Source: Methanobacterium sp.
GTDB taxonomy: Archaea; Methanobacteriota; Methanobacteria; Methanobacteriales; Methanobacteriaceae
Direction: 5' to 3'
DNA: 32,000 bases
Assembly (NCBI GenBank): GCA_019084405.1
Contig: JAHRFX010000006.1
Location: 19,213-51,212, forward strand
Made by a program: the position numbers and the translations under genes. Below, in pieces: positions 1 to 8,600 of this stretch. Each line of letters opens with the position of its first letter. The stretch's first letter is position 1. Under the pieces are notes generated by a model that did not search any database, was not told where the DNA came from, and saw only the letters and a program-made list of their open reading frames with translations.

Positions 1-1
1 C

Positions 2-955
2 ATGCTGGGAACCCTGGTACTGGCCATCAACCTGCTCCCGGTTCCCCAGGAACTGAACCTGGCCCTGATATTAGTGTTTATAACCATGGCTACCGGATTA
101 TTCTTCATCATCCGCCAGAAAAGAGTTAAAAATCCCTTATTTGATCTTAAAGTAGCCAGTCGGCGTATATTCTGGGTGGCTGCTGCTGCCGGGATAATCG
201 TCTTCGGCTCCCTGATGGGGGCCATGTATATTGGCCAGCAGTACCTGCAGAATGTATTGGCCTACTCCACCCTGGAAGCCGGGGTGGCCATCTTACCCTC
301 GGTAGTGTTCATGGTGGTGGTGGCTCCCCAGTCGGCTAAGCTGGTGGACTCCCATGGCTCCCGCTTCACCCTATTATCCGGCTACTTTTTCTGTCTTCTG
401 GGTTTTTTAAGCATGCTCTTTTTATGGAAAGAAGGGATACCTTACTGGATGGTGGGTTTAACCTATGCCCTTATCGGTATCGGGGTGGGTTTAGCCGGTA
501 CCCCTGCTTCCCATTCTCTCACCGGTTCGGTTCCAGTAAAAAGAGTGGGTATGGCCTCAGGGACTGCTGATTTGCAGCGGGATTTAGGAGGAGCCATCAT
601 GACCTCTATATTCGGGGCCTTGCTCACCGCCGGATATGCCCGGTCTTTTGCCCAAGAAATCAGTGGACTGCCTCCAGAAAAGGAAGCGCAGATATCAGCC
701 AGTGTGGTGGCCACCCTGCAAAAATCATTTTCCAGTGCCCAGGAACTGGCCCGGAGATATCCCGAATATGCCACTCCCATCATGAATGCAGCTAAAAATT
801 CTTTCCTGGCGGGGGAACACTGGGCCCACCTGGCAGGTATCCTGGCCATCCTGCTGGGAGGGGCTCTGGTCTTCTTCATGTTCCCTAAAAAGGAAGAAGA
901 AAAGGAATTACTCCAAAAATACCAGGCCCAGGATAAGGACCGTGCCCATCCCTAA
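2..955 (+). CDS. MFS drug-resistance transporter (DHA2/EmrB-like), C-terminal part, truncated by window edge
   Basis: Open from the window edge; multiple hydrophobic helices; GTPASHSLTGSVPVKRVGMASGTADLQRDLGGAIMTSIFG typical of 14-TM MFS exporters. Confidence 0.8.
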   Translation: MLGTLVLAINLLPVPQELNLALILVFITMATGLFFIIRQKRVKNPLFDLKVASRRIFWVAAAAGIIVFGSLMGAMYIGQQYLQNVLAYSTLEAGVAILPSVVFMVVVAPQSAKLVDSHGSRFTLLSGYFFCLLGFLSMLFLWKEGIPYWMVGLTYALIGIGVGLAGTPASHSLTGSVPVKRVGMASGTADLQRDLGGAIMTSIFGALLTAGYARSFAQEISGLPPEKEAQISASVVATLQKSFSSAQELARRYPEYATPIMNAAKNSFLAGEHWAHLAGILAILLGGALVFFMFPKKEEEKELLQKYQAQDKDRAHP

Positions 956-1086
956 AATCAAATAAAAAGCAGGTTCATCTAATGTGGATACCGCGTATTT
1001 AAAAAAAGGTCCATATAATAATAATTTAAGTAACAAAATAAAAAAAATCATAAAATTAATCATCCCCCAAGGAGTTACACTATATC

Positions 1087-1542
1087 ATGAAAAATCTTAT
1101 CATTTTTTTTGCTCATACTGAGTATAGTATCACTATCAGGATGTGTATCTGAAGCCCCGGATAAGGTGCAAAGAACTGAAACAGAAATGGGGTACCGTAG
1201 TGAGTTTAATGGGCAGTGGTCCGTGGAAGTTATAACCAGTGGTGCTTTGTAGAATCATTAAATGAAACTAAAGCTGAAACAGAAATAAGTGACCTGGAAA
1301 TCTACAATGAAACAGGATACAGTCAGCTTGAAGATTATGGTACTACCCGGATAGCCGGAATTAAAGCCTACTACAATAATTACTACCTGCTTTATGAAGA
1401 TAATACTAAGGTTAGTTTTAATGGAATAGTGCGCTTTGAGAAAAATAATAAATGGTATGCAATTAACTGGATGGATCAATTAGGAAATCCTAATAAAAAG
1501 GAAATAGAGCAGGAAATAGCTTATTATATCAATAGACTTTGA
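1087..1542 (+). pseudogene. Small lipoprotein/secreted protein gene interrupted by two frameshifts (or sequencing errors)
   Basis: ATG at 1087 in frame 1 (MKNLIIFF); after the T8 tract 1103-1110 the reading continues in frame 2 as LLILSIVSLSGCVSEAPDKVQ... with a lipobox (LSGC), then returns to frame 1 near 1213-1250 as the 108-aa ORF 1216..1542. SD AAGGAG upstream. Confidence 0.6.
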
Positions 1543-1567
1543 AATTATATATAAAGGGGGTCTTTTC

Positions 1568-2167
1568 ATGAAAATAGTAGGAATATGTGGAAGTCCAAGA
1601 AAAAAAGCCACCGATTATGCCTTGCATGAAGCATTGAATATGCTGGAAGAAAAAGGTTTTGAAACCGAATTTTTCGCAGTTAGAGGTAAAAAAATTGGTC
1701 CATGCCGCCACTGCGACTACTGCCTGAAAAATAAGGAGTGCGTCCTGAAAGACGATATGCTACCTGTTTTTGAACTCTTAAAAGAAGCAGACGGTATAGT
1801 AATGGCCAGTCCCATGTACAATGGTACTATAAGTGCCCAGTTAAAGGCCATAATGGATCGCTGCCGGGCACTGGGAGCAGAAGACTATGACTCTCTCCGG
1901 GGCAAAATAGGAATGGGTATTGCCGTAGGGGGAGATCGCTCTGGTGGTCAGGAATTAGCCATACAACAGATACACACCTACTACATCCTCTCGGGTATCA
2001 TACCTGTAAGTGGAGGTTCTTTTGGTGCCAATCTGGGGGCGTGTTTATGGTCCCAGGATACCTTAGAGGGATTGAAAGAGGATAAGGAGGGTTTCAGGAC
2101 ACTTAAAAAAACAGTTAATATGTTTGCCCGTTACCTGAAAAGATATGGGGGAGGGGAATCCCCTTAA
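1568..2167 (+). CDS. NADPH-dependent FMN reductase-like / iron-sulfur flavoprotein family protein
   Basis: N-terminal KIVGICGSPRK flavin-binding loop; cysteine cluster PCRHCDYCLKNKEC; SPMYNGTISAQLKAIMDR. Confidence 0.8.
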   Translation: MKIVGICGSPRKKATDYALHEALNMLEEKGFETEFFAVRGKKIGPCRHCDYCLKNKECVLKDDMLPVFELLKEADGIVMASPMYNGTISAQLKAIMDRCRALGAEDYDSLRGKIGMGIAVGGDRSGGQELAIQQIHTYYILSGIIPVSGGSFGANLGACLWSQDTLEGLKEDKEGFRTLKKTVNMFARYLKRYGGGESP

Positions 2168-2330
2168 TTACTATTTTTTTAAAGGAAAATGGTTAATTTT
2201 TAGAGTGTATTCTAATTTTTAAAGAAATTCAGGAATTAAGTATATAAGCTATTATTCTAAATAATATCTAATTCATATGGTTCTTTTATTTTTATAAAAA
2301 GTAATTATTCTTTCATATTAGGGTGATTTA

Positions 2331-3902
2331 ATGGCTTCATCTAATGGTTCAAGTGCTAGCTCTAAACTGGTTAAGGGAAGTTTCCTTATCATTATCAGTA
2401 ACCTCATTTTCAGATTCGGGGGTTACATCTACCGTATGCTCATGGGCCAACTTTTAGGCCCCCAGGGATATGGTTTATTGGGTTTAACTCTTCCTTTTCA
2501 GGGAATATTTCAGATATTGTCTGCGGGAGGGTTACCTCCTGCTATAGCTAAATACGTGGCTCAGCATAAGGCTCTGGGTGAAGATCAGATGGCCCGTCAG
2601 GTGGTATTTACCTCCTTAAAACTTATGATTTTTCTGGGGATCTTTTTTTCCATATTAATGTTTTTTAGTGCTCCCTGGCTGGCCAATGAAGTCTTTGGAA
2701 AGCCACTGGTGGCTTATCCCCTCCAGGCTGTGGCCCTTATCACCCCCTTTAGTGTGATTGTAGGGGCTTTCCGGGGAGCTTTCCAGGGCCTATATAAAAT
2801 GGAATACATTGTGGCCACCCGGGCAGTAGAACAGATATTCATGATTACCTTTGCCGTGGTACTGGTTATGGCTGGTTTTTATGCTGCTGGAGCAGTTTTA
2901 GGAACCGCCGTAGGATTTGCTGCTTCAGCTCTTAGTGCTTATATCATATTTAAAAAATATCTCTGGAAGTACTTACCAGAGATAGATCCCGAGCACCGCT
3001 TTAGTTTCCGGCAGGAACTGGGTTTAATTAAGACCCTGCTTAGCTTTTCTATTCCCGTTATAATTACCGCCCTATCGGAAATGGCAATTTATGATATTGG
3101 GATTTTTGTGATGGGAGTTTATATGGCTTTACAGGATATAGGTTATTATACTGCAGCTGATCCTTTAGCCCGATTACCTCTAGTAATATCACTTTCGGTG
3201 GCCACTGCGGTTTTGCCGGCAGCATCAGAAGCATTTGCACTTAAGGATAAGGAACTTTTAACCACCTATATGGTGCAGTCCTATCGTATAGTTATTTTAC
3301 TGGTGCTGCCTATGTGTGTGGGAATTGCCCTTTTCTCCCAGCCTATACTGGGACAATTATTTGGTAGTGATTTTACATCGGGTTATGTTGCACTGAGTAT
3401 CCTGGTTATTGGGATGACCTTTTACACCCTTTTTATGGTGGGTTCCAGTATTGTTCAGGGTATTGGCTACCCCCGTCACCCCATGTATATCCTGATAGCC
3501 GGGGCCGGATTGAACCTGGCCTTGAACCTGGCCCTGGTGCCTGTTTATGGTATTGAAGGGGCAGCACTGGCCACTACCATTGCCGCATTTATTATCATGG
3601 TGGCCATACTCATCCAGACTTATAGAATAACCAAAATTAACCCTCCTTTCCGGGCCTTTGGGAAAATAATCGGGGCCTCCCTGGTTATGGGTGCTGCCAT
3701 ATTCTTTTTACCCCAGAACCTCCTGGGACTCGTACTGGCAGTTATCATCTCCCCGGTAGTATACACCGTATCTCTTTTACTCCTGGGGGGTTTTGAAAAA
3801 AGGGATGTGCGTTTACTGCGTAAGGTAACCCGAAAAGCAGGACCGCTATCCGGGTTTTTAGAACGGATTATGGTGGTTATTGATAGATTTACTTCAGAAT
3901 AA
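2331..3902 (+). CDS. Polysaccharide flippase (MOP/Wzx-MurJ-like) membrane protein
   Basis: 523 aa polytopic protein; 'MLMGQLLGPQGYGLLGLTLPFQGIFQILSAGGLPPAIAKYVA' typical of MOP-family polysaccharide exporters; GGTGATTTA-ATG RBS. Confidence 0.85.
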   Translation: MASSNGSSASSKLVKGSFLIIISNLIFRFGGYIYRMLMGQLLGPQGYGLLGLTLPFQGIFQILSAGGLPPAIAKYVAQHKALGEDQMARQVVFTSLKLMIFLGIFFSILMFFSAPWLANEVFGKPLVAYPLQAVALITPFSVIVGAFRGAFQGLYKMEYIVATRAVEQIFMITFAVVLVMAGFYAAGAVLGTAVGFAASALSAYIIFKKYLWKYLPEIDPEHRFSFRQELGLIKTLLSFSIPVIITALSEMAIYDIGIFVMGVYMALQDIGYYTAADPLARLPLVISLSVATAVLPAASEAFALKDKELLTTYMVQSYRIVILLVLPMCVGIALFSQPILGQLFGSDFTSGYVALSILVIGMTFYTLFMVGSSIVQGIGYPRHPMYILIAGAGLNLALNLALVPVYGIEGAALATTIAAFIIMVAILIQTYRITKINPPFRAFGKIIGASLVMGAAIFFLPQNLLGLVLAVIISPVVYTVSLLLLGGFEKRDVRLLRKVTRKAGPLSGFLERIMVVIDRFTSE

Positions 3903-3993
3903 GTAAATTAACGAAGTTTCCATTTTTTTATTTCCAGATAATGCTAAATATTTAATTACTTTAGTACATACAATATTGTTTAGGAGATAGCTT

Positions 3994-4689
3994 ATGGCAA
4001 ATATCAGGAACCAGCCGGAATATCAACTGGAAATAGATAACCAGTATCTATTAATTGATGATAAAAAATTTAATCTTCTAAAAAAAATAGATAGCTGTGG
4101 CTCCATAAGGGGAGCCTCGCAACAGGCCCAGGTACCCTACCGCACTGCCTTGAAGTACATAGAAATTATGGAAAAAGTGGTGGGTTCTCCGGTGGTTCTC
4201 ACCCAGAGGGGAGGTAAAGGTGGAGGTGGTGCTAGCCAGCTTGCCCCCACCGGAAAGTTAATTATTAAAGAATATCAGAAACTGAATGAAATTCTGCAAA
4301 AACACAGCCACATGAATGAAATTGAAGGCCAGGTCATTAGCCGGGATAAAGAAAATCAGGTGATGGTTATTCAGGTGGGGGATCATGAAGTCATACTACC
4401 TATATCCGATGACCTGGAGCTAGGGGATCAGGCCCTGATTTTATTAAGCCCGGAAGATATTTTTATCATGCTCCAGCTGCAGGAGTCCAGTGTACGTAAC
4501 CTGCTCCCGGGAAAGATAGTGGGTATGGAACTTAAAAATAAGATGGTCCGGATTAAATTAGATTTAGGGAATAATATACCAGTTTTAGTGGATATTACTC
4601 GTTATTCCTGGGAAAAACTTAATCTGGATTTAGGTAGTCAGGTTTTTGCTGGTTTTAAGGCCACTTCCCCCAGTGTTATGAAAATCTGA
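3994..4689 (+). CDS. ModE-family transcriptional regulator with HTH and TOBE/Mop-like domains
   Basis: LLKKIDSCGSIRGASQQAQVPYRTALKYIEIMEKVVGSPVVLTQRGGKGGGGASQLAPTGKLIIKEY (ModE-type LysR-like HTH) followed by molybdate-binding-like TOBE regions. Confidence 0.85.
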   Translation: MANIRNQPEYQLEIDNQYLLIDDKKFNLLKKIDSCGSIRGASQQAQVPYRTALKYIEIMEKVVGSPVVLTQRGGKGGGGASQLAPTGKLIIKEYQKLNEILQKHSHMNEIEGQVISRDKENQVMVIQVGDHEVILPISDDLELGDQALILLSPEDIFIMLQLQESSVRNLLPGKIVGMELKNKMVRIKLDLGNNIPVLVDITRYSWEKLNLDLGSQVFAGFKATSPSVMKI

Positions 4690-4695
4690 TTAATT

Positions 4696-4718
4696 ATAAC
4701 TTATAAGTTATAACTTAT
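4696..4718. promoter_or_regulatory. Palindromic element ATAACTTATAAGTTAT + AACTTAT, identical to 21978..22000
   Basis: ATAACTTATAAGTTAT (4696-4711) is a perfect 16-nt palindrome, immediately followed by a third half site; lies directly upstream of the ferredoxin-hisB pair. Confidence 0.5.
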
Positions 4719-4737
4719 CACAAAAAGAGGTAGTATT

Positions 4738-4965
4738 ATCATACAGATTAAAGTAGACGGAAAAAAATGCACCGGTTGTGGAATATGCGTAACAGAGTGT
4801 CCCAAGGGAGGAAAAATTTGGAGTGTGGACCGTAGATCCAAAAAAGCACAGGCCTGTAATTTAGAATTCTGTCATGGGTGTACCATATGTGCTGCCAAGT
4901 GCCCGGTAGAGGCCATAGAAATCATAAGAGATGGTAAAGATGAGAAAAAAAAAGATGAGTCGTAA
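4738..4965 (+). CDS. 4Fe-4S ferredoxin-type protein with probable non-canonical ATC start
   Basis: Frame reads I-IQIKVDGKKCTGCGICVTECPKGGKIWSVDRRSKKAQACNLEFCHGCTICAAKCPVEAIEIIRDGKDEKKKDES*; two 4Fe-4S motifs. In-frame stop TAA at 4711-4713 and no ATG/GTG/TTG between it and the first Cys cluster; GAGGT SD at 4727-4731. Not in the supplied ORF track. Confidence 0.75.
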   Translation: MIQIKVDGKKCTGCGICVTECPKGGKIWSVDRRSKKAQACNLEFCHGCTICAAKCPVEAIEIIRDGKDEKKKDES

Positions 4966-5515
4966 GACCTCGGAAACCGATATCCAGATTATGCTCAATG
5001 TGGATGGTAAGGGCGAATACGACATAGACACGGGAGTGGAGTTTTTCAACCACATGCTGGAGTCCTTTGCCCGGCACGGGTTTTTTGATTTAATGGTAAA
5101 AGCCCAGGGCGATGTAGGGGTGGATGACCACCACACGGTGGAGGATGTGGGATTACTGCTAGGAGATGTCTTTAAAAAATGTTTAGGTGATAAAAAGGGA
5201 ATAAAAAGAATATCACATGCCCTGGTACCCATGGATGAAGCCATGGCCACGGTTGCGGTGGATATAAGTGGCCGCAGCTACTGTGTACTGGATATGGAAT
5301 TCAAAAAGCAGAAGGTTGGTGATTTATCCACCGAGAATGTATCCCATTTTCTTAAATCATTTGCTCAAAATGCAGGCATTAATATAAATGCAAAGCTTGA
5401 AGGAGAAAACGACCACCATCAGATTGAAGCATTATTTAAATCACTCTCCCGTGCACTTAAAGAGGCAGTTGTAGTGGAGCATGATATGATACCCAGTACC
5501 AAGGGTGTACTGTGA
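4955..5515 (+). CDS. hisB: Imidazoleglycerol-phosphate dehydratase; start likely ATG 4955 rather than the track start 4931
   Basis: GVEFFNHMLESFARHGFFDLMVKAQGDVGVDDHHTVEDVGLLLGDVF and ENDHHQIEALFKSLSRAL are hallmark IGPD motifs; overlaps the ferredoxin stop by 11 nt. Confidence 0.95.
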   Translation: MSRKTSETDIQIMLNVDGKGEYDIDTGVEFFNHMLESFARHGFFDLMVKAQGDVGVDDHHTVEDVGLLLGDVFKKCLGDKKGIKRISHALVPMDEAMATVAVDISGRSYCVLDMEFKKQKVGDLSTENVSHFLKSFAQNAGININAKLEGENDHHQIEALFKSLSRALKEAVVVEHDMIPSTKGVL

Positions 5516-5644
5516 ACAATATTTTTTATTTATTTTTTTTTAAATTAGTAAAAATTAAAGATCTTCTATTTTTAAATTAGATTCTAAAAATAATCCAGTA
5601 TTATTCTCCTAAAAAAAAAAGAAAAAAAGAGAAAATTGTTTTAT

Positions 5645-8600
5645 TTAACTTTTTCTACCAGGTCCAAAGTAGAAACCAGCACCTACCAGAGCCAGAACAG
5701 AAACTATACCAATAATGGTATAAATCATAGAATTATCCTGACTAGTAGAAGCAGATTCAGTTGTACTGACTTCATAGGACTTTGAACTCTCTTCACCAGC
5801 TTCAGCAGATTCTGCAGCCTCTGAAGACTCAGAAGCCACTTCAGCCGAAACATCATGTGAGTGAGCAGACTGACCAGGAGAACTACCAGGAGTAGAACCG
5901 CCAGCAGGAGTCTCACCAGGAGTACCAGGCGTAGTACCAGGAATACCAGGTGTAACACCAGGATCAGATCCACCCGGCGCAAACATGGCATTTTTAGTAG
6001 CCATATACATCTGTTCTTTAAATTGAGAAGCTAAATCCGCATCCATATACTGCATGGCCCATTCCACCATATCCAAATTAGAACAGGTAGGTGGAGAGCA
6101 GGACACACCATTTTGAATAATAGAGTTAGCCCATTCATTAGCCAGATGAGTTTTAGTAGAAACATCAGTCTCCCAATACCCTTTACGACTGGTCTCCATA
6201 AACTGAGCATACATAGATTCCAAAGCATAGGGATTGCTCTGATTAAACCATTCTTTAAGGCCTAAATTGTGTTTATCCAGTACATAAACACTGTAACTTT
6301 CATCCCACATGCTGTTTGTTACTGAGTCCGGCGAAGTGACAGTCCAACCAAATAGATGTTTATGGAAATGCGTCATTTCTCGTGCGCCTGCGGAATTGTG
6401 TTCTTGCATCGCTTTAATCCATCTCGGATTGAAGTATGAGGTTCTAAGATCTCTCCATAGGGAATCAGTTAATGATTCTATCCTTGGGTTAGATGGATTC
6501 TCGACATTCATGAGCCACATCTTTGGATCATTTCCGAAAATGCTTCGAATTGTAAGGCCAAGACCGCCAAAGTATCCAAAGTAGTCATCATCACTAATTA
6601 GGTCATTTACATTACTGACTCTTCTAAACAATGCAATTTCGCTTCCATCTAATGCAAGTTTGTACAGGTCTGGTAAATAAATAGGATCTTTTTCTGATCC
6701 TTGGAATATATGGCCAAACGTTCCAATATAGGTTTCTGCTAACTTTAATTCGTCTTCCCATGTGTCACTCATTAGCAGTGCATGTTGCATGGCATTGTGA
6801 TGGTTTCCAGGTTCTTGGGAAAAAATCCTGCTCATCGAAAGTCTTTTAGCCTCTTCTTCACTGAAACCTAAATCTATTAACGCTTGATACATTGCTTCAG
6901 AGTTTTCTCTTACATAGTTGGGTTGAGTGTCGTCAGTAGCGCCTGATGCAAGCCTAATAGCTTTATCTAGTAAATCTAACCTGCAACGAAACATATTTAG
7001 GTATAGAGATGTGGTAGTTATTACAACATCGATTCTAGGCCTTTCAAGGTCTTCTATCAATTTAACATCTGTGTAATGGAATTTAAATCCAGGGTCTGGT
7101 ACTGGTTCAACACCAAGTAGGTAAAGTATTGCAGCTTCCATGACACCCCTGTCTTGTTGAGTATGGGTTGCCCATAGCATGAATGCTATTTTGTGAGGGT
7201 ATTCGCCAGTTTCCTCAAGATAACGATTAATTAGATCATCGACCAGCTTCACTGCTACATTCCATGCTTCTTGCGTAGGCATTATTCTTGGATCAAATGA
7301 ATAAATGTTTTTACCTGTTGGAAGTACTTCTGGATTGAGTATTGGATCCCCAATATTACCAGGAGTTATGTATTGTCCACTAAGAGCTCTTAAAAGACTG
7401 GTTATTTCTTGATTTGATTGTTTAATGTATTCTGAGTATTTAATTGCGAGAGTTAGGTATTCATTGAGTTTTGAGGTTGATGAACCAAGTACAGCTAATT
7501 GTGCTTCTTCAGGAGTTTTATTTTCAAATATAACCATTTGAAGAAGTTGTTTTACCTGTTCTTGTATCAACTCATGATCATCAACCAGATGGTAATCACC
7601 GATAAATTCTTTATCGAGATATTCCTGGAAATCATGGCCTAATAAAGTCTGCACCAGATACAATAGCCTATCTCCTTCCGGAGCTATACCAAATACATGG
7701 AACCCATTATTAATGAAGGCGTTCTCCAGTTCATGTAAATATTCATGGATATCATCCATAAATGCTTCAAAGTCATCTATAGAATCCAGGTTAATATTCA
7801 AATCTTCATGCAGTCTTAGTTCACGAACCATGTCAATTAAGGTCTTCCGGTATTCTTCCTTAACACTTTCATCAAATGTTGAATCATATTCATGCATTTT
7901 CATGTGCAGTAAAGCCAGATCACCATATAACCCAGCAATGGTTACAGGAGGTATAAGATGGCTGATCATTACCGGTGTCTGCCGTCTTATTGGTAAGAGA
8001 CTTTCACCACCTTCCACTGTGAAGGGGTAGATTACTGGTATGTCTTGGCTTACTATAGCTGGCCAGCAGTTATCACGATCCAGACCAGGTCCAGTCTTAC
8101 CTGGTAACCAGGCCACTGTTCCGTGTCTTCCGAAGTGTATAGCTGCATCAGCATCAAAACCCTGTTTTAGCCAGAAGTAGAAGGCCAAGTATTGATGTGT
8201 AGGTGGAATATAACCACTGTGGTACATTGCCCCATGATCTTGTGTATATCCACGGGAAGGCTCAGGAGCAAGGATTATATTTCCAAACTGGATTACTGGA
8301 AGTATTATCATGTTTTCGTAAACCATGATGTTTCCCGGGGCGTCTCCCCACATTTCGATGACTTCATTTTTCTTTGCTTCGTTTAATTCATTGAACCAAT
8401 TCATATAATCGTCTAGAGGCACTTTAATTACTGGATAGTTCTCTATTAGATTTTCTAATTCTCCTGGAGCCCACAGCCCAATGTTCAGTCCCTGGTTTCT
8501 TATAAGGTTTGTCAGTTCTGTCTCATTTGGGAGAGGGTTGTCACCGAGGTAGTATCCTTCATTTTTCAAGGCTTCCAGAATATTAGCCAAACTGGCATAG

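Noticed and set aside
5516-5644. T-rich/A-rich tracts between hisB and the CobN-like gene considered as a regulatory RNA
   Set aside because: Convergent gene ends; poly-T and poly-A runs are most simply bidirectional termination signals.
5725-6228. Leu/Val-rich minus ORF 5725..5991 and ORF 6031..6228
   Set aside because: Alternative-frame reading of the repetitive Pro/Gly/Ser-coding tail and C-terminal region of the CobN-like gene.
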